The position numbers were made by a program, and so were the translations under genes. Below, piece by piece: positions 1-8,965 of a stretch of DNA of 64,000 bases (within the stretch, counting starts at the first letter, position 1; each line of letters starts with the position of its first letter). The notes below the pieces were generated by a model that made no database searches, was not told where the DNA came from, and saw nothing but the letters and a program-made list of their open reading frames with translations. Origin of the DNA: Nitrospinales bacterium (GTDB lineage Bacteria; Nitrospinota; Nitrospinia; Nitrospinales; VA-1); assembly GCA_965249625.1 (NCBI GenBank), contig OZ252246.1:2450236-2514235 (forward strand). Direction: 5' to 3'.

Positions 1-1
1 C

Positions 2-1567
2 GATGCGAAAGAGGATTTTAAAAAAGATAAATCGCTTTTATTGATTGCGTTAGAGCTTTGCAGAAAACATCAAGTCGCGCCAGATTACAAGCTTCAGCGG
101 CAAATGCGGCTGAGCAAAAATCTCATTAGCACGCAATTCATGAAGGGAGAAGAGACTCGGGATTTCCTGTTTTCCATTCTGAAAGACAAAGGCACTGAGA
201 AAATCCTGCGGCTGATGCATGAAACACATATCCTGGAACAGATTCTTCCGGAATTCGGGCTGGCACACTGCAAGGTGAATCATGATTTCTATCATCATTA
301 CACCGCCGATGAACATTCCCTGCGCATCATCCGCTTTCTCGATGAACTGGCCATTACCGGCATCACCAATCCCACCGACCTGTCCGCCTTGTATCAGGAT
401 TACTTTCGGAAAGGGATTCTCAAGTTATCAGCCCTTCTGCAATCGGTAGGAGAAATGCGCGAGGGTGAAAAGGGCAAATTTTTAAAATCCATGACCGAAA
501 GACTGAACCTGGAAGAAGCGGATGCGCAAATCCTGCTTTTTCTTCTCGCTAATCCTTACACCATGATCGAAACGGCCTTGCATCAGGATATCCACCAGCC
601 TGGGGTGATCCGGAAATTCGCCAAAACCGTGGTGAACGCAGAGAGGTTAAAGGGACTCTACCTCCTCAGTTATGCCGAGTTGCGGGCGGTGGCACCGGGA
701 ACCCTGACCGCCTGGAAAAAAATATTGCTCTCGGAGTTATATGAAAGGACCCTGAAGTATCTGGAAGACCCAGGTTCTCTGGAACAACAGCTCCGGGCCA
801 CCCGAGTGGGGGTATTCAAAGCCTTGCATCGGGAATTGCCCGTGAACGATATCGAAAAGCACCTTCGCCAGATGCCGGAAGATTATTTGATGACAGTATC
901 CTCTGAAGAGGTGGCACTTCATATCCGTCTCATCCGTTCTTTTAAGGATAAGCTGTTTGTTCTGCATCACCAGTTCCATGAAGAAGGCAACTACCATAAC
1001 CTGACCCTGTGTTGCCCTACCGGCATTGAATCGTTTAAAAAACTGGTGGGAACCGTCACCGCCAAAAGTCTGAACATTCTCGGCGCACAAATCTATCTCA
1101 AACGGGATGGCATCGTGATTGTCACCATACAGGTCGAAGCAGGTGCCAACGCCACAGCCGATGACCTCGAAATCTGGAAAGATATTAAAAATACCCTGGG
1201 CCAGTTGTTTGCCAGGGAAACCAGTTTACAGAAAATGTTGAAATCCCGAACCCGTTACGCTGGCGAGCAGAAAAAGGTGGCGATGGTCCCCAGAGTGCAT
1301 GTTGAAAAAACGGTGGACAATCCGTTCACCGTAATCCGGGTTGAAGCCCGGGACCATATCGGCATGCTCTACAAAGTTGCCACCGTCTTTGCCGATTTTG
1401 GCATTCGCATTCACCGGGCCAAAATTTCCACCCAGGGCGATCGGGCCATCGATGTTTTTTATGTGTCTCTGAAAAGTCCGAATTTTGACCTCAATAAGGT
1501 GATCCTCCGGTTCAAGGAACATATGATCCAGACCTTGATGATCGAAAAACTGGAAGACGTCTCCTAG
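2..1567 (+). CDS. glnD: [Protein-PII] uridylyltransferase/uridylyl-removing enzyme GlnD, C-terminal ~520 aa (5' end lies outside the window)
   Basis: Frame is open from nt 2. HD-domain signature (NHDFYHHYTADEHS) is followed by two C-terminal ACT-like repeats (e.g. IRVEARDHIGMLYKVATVFADFGIRIHRAKISTQGDRAIDVFYV), the usual layout of the GlnD C-terminal half. Confidence 0.75.
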   Translation, partial: DAKEDFKKDKSLLLIALELCRKHQVAPDYKLQRQMRLSKNLISTQFMKGEETRDFLFSILKDKGTEKILRLMHETHILEQILPEFGLAHCKVNHDFYHHYTADEHSLRIIRFLDELAITGITNPTDLSALYQDYFRKGILKLSALLQSVGEMREGEKGKFLKSMTERLNLEEADAQILLFLLANPYTMIETALHQDIHQPGVIRKFAKTVVNAERLKGLYLLSYAELRAVAPGTLTAWKKILLSELYERTLKYLEDPGSLEQQLRATRVGVFKALHRELPVNDIEKHLRQMPEDYLMTVSSEEVALHIRLIRSFKDKLFVLHHQFHEEGNYHNLTLCCPTGIESFKKLVGTVTAKSLNILGAQIYLKRDGIVIVTIQVEAGANATADDLEIWKDIKNTLGQLFARETSLQKMLKSRTRYAGEQKKVAMVPRVHVEKTVDNPFTVIRVEARDHIGMLYKVATVFADFGIRIHRAKISTQGDRAIDVFYVSLKSPNFDLNKVILRFKEHMIQTLMIEKLEDVS

Positions 1568-1638
1568 ACGGAGGACCAGCACTGCATTGCCCGAGAGGCA
1601 GGCGGAACACTCAAGCGCACATGATATTCTACCTAAGC

Positions 1639-1741
1639 TCTCGTGCCCCGGAGGGGTAATACCTCAATTACTCCTCCTCTGCTAAGGGGCGGCGAAGAAT
1701 AAAAATCCCTCTCCCCTCATGGGGAGAGGTTAGGTGAGGGG
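1639..1741. repeat. REP-like hairpin modules in the glnD / cytochrome c intergenic region
   Basis: CTCGTGCCCCGGAGGGGTAAT (1639-1660) is the same GC hairpin module found in the MITE family at 20874, 35736, 37245 and 62245. CCCTCTCCCCTCATGGGGAGAGG...GGTGAGGGG (1707-1741) is palindromic. Confidence 0.5.
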
Positions 1742-1838
1742 TTGACTATGGAGGGAGGGTTGGATTATTTCAAATAAAGCTGGGGTGATTTACATTCAAA
1801 AACCAGACTGGGCTTTTCTTCTGTGACTCTTCTTTAGT

Positions 1839-2150
1839 TTGTCTTTCGCATCGCAAAGCATGGCCGCCGACCTCGAAACCGGGCGCGACATTTTCTACAA
1901 ACATTGCAAAGCCTGCCACGGCGATAAAGGCGACGGCAAAACTTTCGCCGCGAATGTGTTGAATCCAACGCCCAAAAATTTCACCCATGAAGAATCGAAA
2001 AAAGAACTGACCGAAAAACGGATGATTGAATCCGTCACAAAAGGAAGGAAAGGCACCGCCATGATGCCGTGGGAATCGAACCTCACTCGGGAAGAAATCC
2101 GCGCCGTCGTGCATTACATCCGCAAAGAACTGATGAAAACAGATGATTAA
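1839..2150 (+). CDS. Class I c-type cytochrome (single CxxCH haem site); N-terminus problematic, see findings
   Basis: CKACH haem-binding motif with a downstream Met ligand region (GTAMMPW). The ORF as bounded by stops has no signal peptide; an in-frame TGA lies at 1824-1826. Confidence 0.7.
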   Translation: MSFASQSMAADLETGRDIFYKHCKACHGDKGDGKTFAANVLNPTPKNFTHEESKKELTEKRMIESVTKGRKGTAMMPWESNLTREEIRAVVHYIRKELMKTDD

Positions 2151-2220
2151 AAGCTTGTCTCCATTTCAAATAACCTCAAAACATAAAAGCTATCATTTGG
2201 AGTTACCGCTTTGAATTCAA

Positions 2221-2484
2221 TCAGTTCTTTATGCGAAGTGCCGCACACTCCTCTGAAACTTTAAATTTCCTGGAAATGGGTTTGGCTAAATAGGGGGCAA
2301 GGGTTTGGTCATCTGGCAACCTACCTGAACTAAAACTTTCATATTTTGCCAACTCGGCCTTTGCTTTCTCATATTCAGCTATTTCTTCGATTGGAATGGG
2401 GATAGAACCATCAGGATGATGTTCTAATAAAAACTGCTTGGCAGTTTCTTCAATTTCCCGTTGGGGAATAAATTCAGTCACCAA
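2221..2484 (-). CDS. Small hypothetical protein, overlaps the XRE gene stop; resembles the N- and C-terminal ends of ImmA/IrrE proteins but has no HExxH core
   Basis: 87-aa ORF overlapping the stop of the upstream HTH gene by 7 nt. Segments IPIPIEEIAE and KFKVSEECAALRIKN resemble the flanks of COG2856-type proteins. No metalloprotease motif is present. Confidence 0.35.
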   Translation of the reverse strand: MVTEFIPQREIEETAKQFLLEHHPDGSIPIPIEEIAEYEKAKAELAKYESFSSGRLPDDQTLAPYLAKPISRKFKVSEECAALRIKN

Positions 2485-2843
2485 TCTTCCTTGATTGATT
2501 TGATCAAACTTTCCAGCTTTTCTTCATCCAAGCCTTTATTATCCAAAGTTCTTAAGAAAACAGGGAGCTTTTCCAGTAGTTTTTCATCTCTCACATTCTC
2601 GAGTCCATAAGACTTGTTGGATACTTGTGCAAATTGAAAAAATTTCTCAAACCCCTCAGTGCCTTTTTCTAATCCCAAAGCCTTGGCATAATATTCTAAT
2701 TTTTCATTGGATTTGGGAGCACGGATTCTTCCTCTTTCAAGCCTTGAAATATACGCCGGATCCTCCTCAAACTTTTCTGCAAACTTTCTTAAAGTCAGAC
2801 CTTGTCTAATCCTTAATGAATTAAAATACTCACCGAATAGCAT
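2478..2843 (-). CDS. XRE-family helix-turn-helix transcriptional regulator
   Basis: HTH_3-like segment LTLRKFAEKFEEDPAYISRLERG. The internal ATG at 2843 is preceded by GGAGGG 7 nt upstream, so it is preferred over the longer ORF start at 2882. Confidence 0.7.
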   Translation of the reverse strand: MLFGEYFNSLRIRQGLTLRKFAEKFEEDPAYISRLERGRIRAPKSNEKLEYYAKALGLEKGTEGFEKFFQFAQVSNKSYGLENVRDEKLLEKLPVFLRTLDNKGLDEEKLESLIKSIKEDW

Positions 2844-3029
2844 ATGCTCACCCTCCCAAGTGTTGTACTCATTGTACAACAAAAGTCATAAATAGTCGCC
2901 AAGGGGAAGAAAGGCACCGCCATTCCTGCTTATTGGCATCTACACGCTCCCTGATATTTTTTGGTTTGGATGGAGAAAACTTATCTCTGATGGTATAAAT
3001 ATCCGAATTCATTAAAAAATGAGTAGCTA

Positions 3030-5807
3030 ATGCCCTTAAGTTGGACTGAAATAAAAAACCGCGCCCTGAACTTCTCTAAAGAATGGAAGGATGCTCATTA
3101 TGAAAAGGGCGAAACGCAATCTTTCTACAATGACTTTTTTGATGTCTTCGGCATATCTCGGCGTAAGGTTGGCTATTACGAACAATCCATAAAAAAGCTG
3201 AATAACAAACAAGGTTTCATTGACCTGTTCTGGCCAGGAACCTTGCTGGTGGAACAAAAATCTACCGGTCGTTCTCTGAAAGATGCAAAAACGCAGGCAA
3301 TGGATTACCTGCAAACAATCAATGATAACGAATTCCCACGCTATATCCTGCTATCCGATTTTCAGAGTTTCAGACTGTTCGACCTTGAAACAGGAGACCA
3401 GTCTTTTTTCAATCTGCAAGCCCTGCATGAGAATGTACAGCATTTTGCCTTTATCGCCGGATACAAAGCGCAAGTCTATCGCGACCAGGACCCCGCCAAC
3501 ATTGAAGCCTCGGAGCTAATGGGTGAACTGCACCGGCAGTTGGAAATAAGCGGTTATGAAGGGCACGATCTTGAAATGCTGTTGGTGCGACTCATGTTCT
3601 GCCTGTTCGCGGATGATACCGGGATTTTTGAAAGAGACCATTTCCTTTTTTATCTTGAAAACCATACCAAGGGGGATGGTAGCGATTTAGGCGGACATCT
3701 TATCACTTTATTCGATGTTCTCAATACACCTGAAGGCCAGCGGCAAAAAACGCTGGATGAAGACCTTGCCCATTTCCCTTATGTAAATGGTGCCTTGTTT
3801 GAAAGACGGTTACGCCCAGTTTCATTCGATAAGGTTATGCGCGATTCGCTGTTACAGTGCTGTTATTTTGACTGGAGCAAGGTATCGCCTGCCCTGTTCG
3901 GCTCTTTGTTTCAAACTGTCATGTTACCAGCGGAACAACGTAAAAAAGGAGCACATTACACCTCGGAAAAGAACATTTTAAAAGTAATAAAACCACTTTT
4001 TCTGAATGATCTCTGGCGGGAATTTGAAAAGATCAAAGCCAACCATTTAAAGCTAAAAGAATTTCACGAAAGACTGAGCCGGATACGAATCTTTGATCCG
4101 GCCTGTGGTTGCGGTAACTTCCTTATTCTGGCTTACCGGGAATTAAGGGAATTGGAACTTGAAATCCTGAAAAAGGTTTATGCGGGAAAAGCCATGCTGG
4201 ACGTCAGCTATTTCAGCCAAATAGATGTTGACCAGTTTTATGGCATTGAATTGGAGGAGTTTCCCGCACGTATTGCCGAAACGGCCATGTGGCTGATCGA
4301 CCATCAGATGAATATCAAGCTGTCTGAAACATTTGGCCAGGCTTTTGTTCGCCTGCCTCTAAAAAAAACAGCCAGAATATTGCATGGCAATGCCCTGACC
4401 GCAGACTGGAGGGATGTTTTAAATCCTGAACATTGTACTTATATAATTGGCAATCCACCTTTCTTGGGGAAGAAAGAACAAACAAAAGAACAGAAGAATG
4501 AAGTTAAGCAGGTCTTTCAAGGGGTAAAGGGAAACGGAGTAATGGATTACGTTTCCTGCTGGTATCTCAAAGCGGCCAGTTATATGCAGGGCACTGAAAT
4601 CAGAGCGGCATTTGTTTCCACAAAATCTATAGTACAGGGTGAGCAGGTAGGCATTCTATGGAATGAAATGTACAAACGGAACTGCCGAATTTTCTTTGGC
4701 CACCGAACTTTTAAATGGACGATAGACGCAAAAAAAGCCAAAGGTATGAAAATAGCCGCCGTTCATGTTGTCATAGTAGGATTTTCTGCAATAAACATTT
4801 CCTCTAAACATATCTTTGAATATGAAACAATCGTTTCAGACCCACATATGATAAGGGCTGAAACCATAAATGCTTACCTTGTGGATGGTCCGGAGGTAAT
4901 AGTTTTAAGCAGAAGAAGCTCATTGTGCTCTGCACCCGAAATTAAATATGGAAGCATCGGTATTGATGACGGACATCTGGTACTGACAGAACAGGAAAAA
5001 AGCGAAATACTAAAATTAGAACCCCAAGCCGAACCATTCATACGGCCCTTTATCGGCGCGGATGAATATATCAAAAACAAGAGGCGTTACTGCATTTGGC
5101 TCAAAGATATAGCACCCGAAAAACTAAGAACCCTGAAAACAATTTTAGAGCGCGTTGAAAAGGTAAAACTATTCCGGCTAAAAAGTGGTCGTAAAGAAAC
5201 AAATGAACTCGCTAAAACACCTGCCCTGTTTGGAGAAATCAGACAACCTGATAGCGATTACCTGATAATTCCGAAAGTTTCTTCAGAAGGTAGGCGTTAT
5301 ATCCCGATTGGCTATTGTCCGATGGAGTATATAGCCAACGGGAGCAGTCTCATTATTCCAGAGGCCGATGTATATACGTTTGGGATAGTCATTTCTAAAA
5401 TGCACATGGCATGGATGCGCTATGTAGGTGGTAGAACAAAAAGCGACTACCAGTATTCCAGCAGTCTTATTTATAACAATTTTCCGTGGCCGGAACCAAC
5501 CGAGCGACAAAGAATAAAAGTGGGGGAGAAAGCGCAAGCCGTACTGGATGCTCGCGCAAAATTTCCAGACAGTTCCCTGGCAGATTTGTATGACCCGAAT
5601 ACCATGCCCCCCGCCTTGCTAAAAGCGCATCAAGAACTGGATAAGGCCGTTGACACCGCCTACCGCAAAACCCCGTTCAAAGACGAACGCACCCGTATTG
5701 GATTCTTATTCAGCCTCTACCAACAAATCACAGAGCCTTTACTTTCAAAGCAAAAGAAAAAACGGGAAAAAAAAGGTCAGTCACCTGGTAAATCTTTGGC
5801 AACCTGA
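3030..5807 (+). CDS. MmeI-family type IIL restriction-modification enzyme (single-chain endonuclease + N6-adenine methyltransferase + TRD)
   Basis: The N-terminus (MPLSWTEIKNRALNFSKEWKD...FYNDFFDVFGI...FIDLFWPGTLLVEQKS) matches my memory of the MmeI N-terminal D-x12-ExK nuclease domain. SAM motif I is FDPACGCGNFL and motif IV is IGNPPF. At 925 aa it is close to MmeI size. Confidence 0.85.
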   Translation: MPLSWTEIKNRALNFSKEWKDAHYEKGETQSFYNDFFDVFGISRRKVGYYEQSIKKLNNKQGFIDLFWPGTLLVEQKSTGRSLKDAKTQAMDYLQTINDNEFPRYILLSDFQSFRLFDLETGDQSFFNLQALHENVQHFAFIAGYKAQVYRDQDPANIEASELMGELHRQLEISGYEGHDLEMLLVRLMFCLFADDTGIFERDHFLFYLENHTKGDGSDLGGHLITLFDVLNTPEGQRQKTLDEDLAHFPYVNGALFERRLRPVSFDKVMRDSLLQCCYFDWSKVSPALFGSLFQTVMLPAEQRKKGAHYTSEKNILKVIKPLFLNDLWREFEKIKANHLKLKEFHERLSRIRIFDPACGCGNFLILAYRELRELELEILKKVYAGKAMLDVSYFSQIDVDQFYGIELEEFPARIAETAMWLIDHQMNIKLSETFGQAFVRLPLKKTARILHGNALTADWRDVLNPEHCTYIIGNPPFLGKKEQTKEQKNEVKQVFQGVKGNGVMDYVSCWYLKAASYMQGTEIRAAFVSTKSIVQGEQVGILWNEMYKRNCRIFFGHRTFKWTIDAKKAKGMKIAAVHVVIVGFSAINISSKHIFEYETIVSDPHMIRAETINAYLVDGPEVIVLSRRSSLCSAPEIKYGSIGIDDGHLVLTEQEKSEILKLEPQAEPFIRPFIGADEYIKNKRRYCIWLKDIAPEKLRTLKTILERVEKVKLFRLKSGRKETNELAKTPALFGEIRQPDSDYLIIPKVSSEGRRYIPIGYCPMEYIANGSSLIIPEADVYTFGIVISKMHMAWMRYVGGRTKSDYQYSSSLIYNNFPWPEPTERQRIKVGEKAQAVLDARAKFPDSSLADLYDPNTMPPALLKAHQELDKAVDTAYRKTPFKDERTRIGFLFSLYQQITEPLLSKQKKKREKKGQSPGKSLAT

Positions 5808-5819
5808 AAATTTGAAATT

Positions 5820-6128
5820 TTAATCCGCTATGTTTTGTAGCAAGGGGCGGATATTTTTTTCCATCGTGGGCCAATCATCTCGCCTGGCAAGCTTGAGGTC
5901 GTAGCGAGACTGCAAATTCATCCAGAATTCGGCAGTGGTCTTAAAGTATTTTCCCAGTCGTAAAGCACTATTGGCCGTGATACCGCGTCGGGCATGAACA
6001 ATATCGTTGATACGTGCTACAGGGACATCGATATCCCTCGCAAGTTTGTTTTGGCTGATCCCAAAGGGCAACATAAACTCTTCCAGTAGAATTTCTCCCG
6101 GCGTGACCGGCTCCAGTTTTTTTCTCAT
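5820..6128 (-). CDS. higA: HigA-family antitoxin (HTH addiction-module antidote protein)
   Basis: Typical HigA sequence PGEILLEEFMLPFGISQNKLARDIDVPVARINDIVHARRGITANSALRLGKYF. It lies directly downstream of the HigB-like ORF. Confidence 0.85.
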   Translation of the reverse strand: MRKKLEPVTPGEILLEEFMLPFGISQNKLARDIDVPVARINDIVHARRGITANSALRLGKYFKTTAEFWMNLQSRYDLKLARRDDWPTMEKNIRPLLQNIAD

Positions 6129-6140
6129 AATCTACTCGCT

Positions 6141-6425
6141 CTATTTAAAATGATAATCGACGATTTCCACATCATGGGGATGACCATCTTTCCGCTTAAA
6201 ACAAACCCTCCATCGTTCGTTGGTGCGGATACTGTATTGGCCCTTACGGTTTCCCTTTAAAGCTTCTAATCTGTTGTCCGGTGGTTGCAGCAAATCATTA
6301 ATCTCTTTGGCGGTTTCGAACATTTCCAGTTTTCTCCTGGCAACCCTTTCGATATTTCGAAAACGGGAAACCAATTCATCTCGAAACAGGTTTTCCGTGT
6401 CCCTGCAGCGGAAACTTTTAATCAT
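6141..6425 (-). CDS. higB: HigB-family toxin (plasmid maintenance system killer, RelE superfamily)
   Basis: 94 aa with a MIKSFRCRDTENLF start typical of HigB killer proteins, in toxin-first order 12 nt upstream of higA. Confidence 0.8.
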   Translation of the reverse strand: MIKSFRCRDTENLFRDELVSRFRNIERVARRKLEMFETAKEINDLLQPPDNRLEALKGNRKGQYSIRTNERWRVCFKRKDGHPHDVEIVDYHFK

Positions 6426-6494
6426 TCTTTATAGTATTCCTAAAAAAGGAACGCGCCAACAGGAATTCGATAACAGAAATATAGGTTTCTTCCC

Positions 6495-6803
6495 CTACTT
6501 CTTCACCTCTTTACCCAGTTTCTGCTCGATGGAAGCGATTTTGGATTCCAGCCTGCCCGATTTACCCTCCCTATAGTCAATCTTGATGCCGCAGGTGATG
6601 CGTTTGCAATCCTTCTTCATCATCTCGTAACATTGTTTGACCACTCCCATAACTTCATCGAACTCGCCTTCCAGCACCGTTCCCATCGGATTCAACCGAT
6701 ACGGCACACCGCTATCGTCAATAATTTTAAGGGAACGGCTGACCTGTTCGCTGACGCTTTCCCCTTTATCCATGGGACTCATGCTGAACTCAAGTAGTAC
6801 CAT
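6495..6803 (-). CDS. MTH1187/YkoF-family thiamine-binding protein (DUF77)
   Basis: MVLLEFSMSPMDKGESVSEQVSRSLKIIDDSGVPYRLNPMGTVLEGEFDEVM is the canonical family pattern. The ATG at 6803 has GAGGA upstream and avoids overlap with the repeat at 6822. Confidence 0.75.
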   Translation of the reverse strand: MVLLEFSMSPMDKGESVSEQVSRSLKIIDDSGVPYRLNPMGTVLEGEFDEVMGVVKQCYEMMKKDCKRITCGIKIDYREGKSGRLESKIASIEQKLGKEVKK

Positions 6804-6821
6804 ATTCATGTCCTCAAAATT

Positions 6822-6927
6822 CACCAGGCGGAGTACCTCCGCTGGTAATTTGCAATTTCTTTATTTCGCGGGCAAACGTTTTCTCGGCCCAACGAGTCAT
6901 TGCGAGTTGGCCCCACGCCGAGTGGGA
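6822..6927. repeat. Structured ~105-bp repeat, family B, copy 1
   Basis: CACCAGGCGGAGTACCTCCGCTGG...GCGGGCAA.CGT...GGCCCAAC.AGT.ATTGC..GTTGGCCCCACGCC.AGTGGG recurs at 31695-31800, with a partial copy at 31556-31592. It contains hairpins GCGGAG-tac-CTCCGC and CCCAC-n5-GTGGG. Confidence 0.7.
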
Positions 6928-6961
6928 ATTTATTGCTTGCATTTTAGGGCTGAATTATGAA

Positions 6962-8101
6962 ATGATCAACCATCCCGTGCAAGCAATTGCGGGAAATCCA
7001 AGTAAAGGCGGTATTTGTTTTTTGTCCCAGTTAGATGATCTGCGCCAGCAGATTGACAGAATTGACGACCAGCTGGTAAAGCTGATCAGTCGCCGTGGCC
7101 AATTGGCCCGGAAAATCGGTGATGAGAAGTCCCGTCAGAGGAAGACGAACCATTTCCACGTTCCCCAACGCGAACGGGCGATCCTCGAACGGTTGAGGGG
7201 GCTGAACAAGGGCCCTTTCCCCAACTCTTCCATTGAGTCCATTTTTCGCGAACTATTCTCCGCCACGCTCGCTTTAGAAAAGCCTTTGAAGATTGCTTTT
7301 CTCGGGCCAGAAACCACCTTCAGCCATCAGGCGGCAGTACGGCATTTTGGCCATTCCTGCACCTTCAATCCTTGCGAAAATATTGAAACTGTTTTTTCGG
7401 AAATCGAGCTGGGCAACTCCGATTACGGTGTCGTGCCGGTAGAAAATTCCATTGAAGGGGTTATCAACCTGACCCTCGACTGCTTTGTCGATTCCCCTCT
7501 TTATATTTGCAGTGAGACCCGGCTGCCCATCGGGCTTTTTCTTTTATCCACAGTCGCCGACCAGAAAAAGATCAAGAAAATCTATTCACATCCCCAGCCT
7601 TTTGCGCAGTGCAGAAACTGGCTGGACAGTAACCTGCCGGGTGTTGAGCAGGTTCCCGCTTCCAGCACGGCCCAGGCGGCGCAACTGGCCAAACAAAATA
7701 AAAACACAGCCGCCATCGCCGGGGAACTTGCCGCCGAGGTCTATGGACTAAAAACTGTCGCGAAAAATATTCAGGATCGGGCCGAAAACCACACCCGGTT
7801 TCTGGTCATCTCCAAAGACCAGGCTAAAAAAGCCAAGAAAAACAAAACATCGCTCATGTTTTCCATCGCCGACGAATCCGGGTCTTTGCTCAAAACCTTG
7901 CAGTTGTTTGCCAAAAACAAAATCAGTCTATCGAAAATACAATCGCGGCCTCTGCGCAACCGGCCTTGGGAATACTTGTTCTATGTCGATTTCATCGGCC
8001 ATGTTGAAGATAAAACGGTCGAACGCGTTTTAAAAACATTGGGCAAGCAAACTCTGTTTTTGCGGGTGCTGGGCTCTTATCCTGAACAGGGGCAACCATG
8101 A
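6962..8101 (+). CDS. pheA: Bifunctional chorismate mutase / prephenate dehydratase (P-protein)
   Basis: N-terminal CM_2 pattern (LDDLRQQIDRIDDQLVKLISRR), PDT domain (KIAFLGPETTFSHQAA) and a C-terminal ACT region (TSLMFSI...GSLLKTLQLFA). The start codon is not certain. Confidence 0.9.
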   Translation: MINHPVQAIAGNPSKGGICFLSQLDDLRQQIDRIDDQLVKLISRRGQLARKIGDEKSRQRKTNHFHVPQRERAILERLRGLNKGPFPNSSIESIFRELFSATLALEKPLKIAFLGPETTFSHQAAVRHFGHSCTFNPCENIETVFSEIELGNSDYGVVPVENSIEGVINLTLDCFVDSPLYICSETRLPIGLFLLSTVADQKKIKKIYSHPQPFAQCRNWLDSNLPGVEQVPASSTAQAAQLAKQNKNTAAIAGELAAEVYGLKTVAKNIQDRAENHTRFLVISKDQAKKAKKNKTSLMFSIADESGSLLKTLQLFAKNKISLSKIQSRPLRNRPWEYLFYVDFIGHVEDKTVERVLKTLGKQTLFLRVLGSYPEQGQP

Positions 8102-8961
8102 AGCCTTTTGGAAAAATGACCGTCATTGGGGTAGGCCTGTTGGGGGCCTCTTTGGCCAAGGCCTGCAAAGAGCGCGGCCTTGTGGAAGAGATTTCGGGAT
8201 ATGGCAGGAACCGTGAGAACCTGGAAAAAGCTAAGGATTTAAAGATCATCGATCACTGCCCCGCTGATTTGGGTGCGGCGGTCAGCGGTGCCGACCTGAT
8301 CGTGTTGTGCACACCGGTTTCGACCCTTGTTCCCTTGATGCAAAACCTGGCCTCCGAGGTTCGGCCTGGCACGCTGATCACTGATGTCGGCTCGGTGAAG
8401 GAGCCCATCGTCAAGGGCATAGACAAACTGGTTCCCAAAGGCGTTTTTTTTGTCGGGTCGCACCCGATCGCCGGAGGGGAAGACTCAGGACTGGAAGCTT
8501 CCACCGCAGATTTATATCAAGACGCAAAATGCATCGTGACCCCGACAGACGCCACCGATAAAAAAGCTGTGGAAAAAATCAGTGCCCTCTGGCAAGCGGT
8601 TGGCATGAAGGTCGTCAGCTTGTCAGCAGAGGAACATGATTTTATTTTTGGCGCGGTGAGCCATTTGCCTCACATCGTGGCTTACGCCCTGATGAACACT
8701 CTTGGTGCCTTGAGAACCCCCAATGGTTGTGAAGTCACCGCCTATTCAGGGGCTGGACTAAGAGACATCACCCGAATCGCTTCCAGCGACCCGGTTATGT
8801 GGCGGGATATCTGCCTTTCCAATCGCAACCATTCGCTGGATCTGATCGACCGGTTCCAGAACAAACTGGAAGAAATTCGCAGTACCATCGAAAGGGGTGA
8901 CGGGCAGGAATTAAAAAAAGAATTTATAGCCGCGAACAAATACCGGCTGAATGTGATTTGA
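8098..8961 (+). CDS. tyrA: Prephenate dehydrogenase
   Basis: Rossmann motif VIGVGLLGASLA and the SHPIAG motif. ATGA overlap with the pheA stop. Confidence 0.85.
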   Translation: MKPFGKMTVIGVGLLGASLAKACKERGLVEEISGYGRNRENLEKAKDLKIIDHCPADLGAAVSGADLIVLCTPVSTLVPLMQNLASEVRPGTLITDVGSVKEPIVKGIDKLVPKGVFFVGSHPIAGGEDSGLEASTADLYQDAKCIVTPTDATDKKAVEKISALWQAVGMKVVSLSAEEHDFIFGAVSHLPHIVAYALMNTLGALRTPNGCEVTAYSGAGLRDITRIASSDPVMWRDICLSNRNHSLDLIDRFQNKLEEIRSTIERGDGQELKKEFIAANKYRLNVI

Positions 8962-8965
8962 TCGA

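Noticed and set aside
2060-2085. tRNA T-arm-like string GGGAATCGAACCTC
   Set aside because: It lies inside the cytochrome c coding frame (PWESNLT). No acceptor or anticodon stems can be folded around it.
6804-6961. TPP riboswitch upstream of the thiamine-binding-protein gene
   Set aside because: I could not find the conserved CUGAGA / ACCUGAUCUGGAUAAUGCCAGCG core on either strand. The region is instead occupied by the family B repeat.
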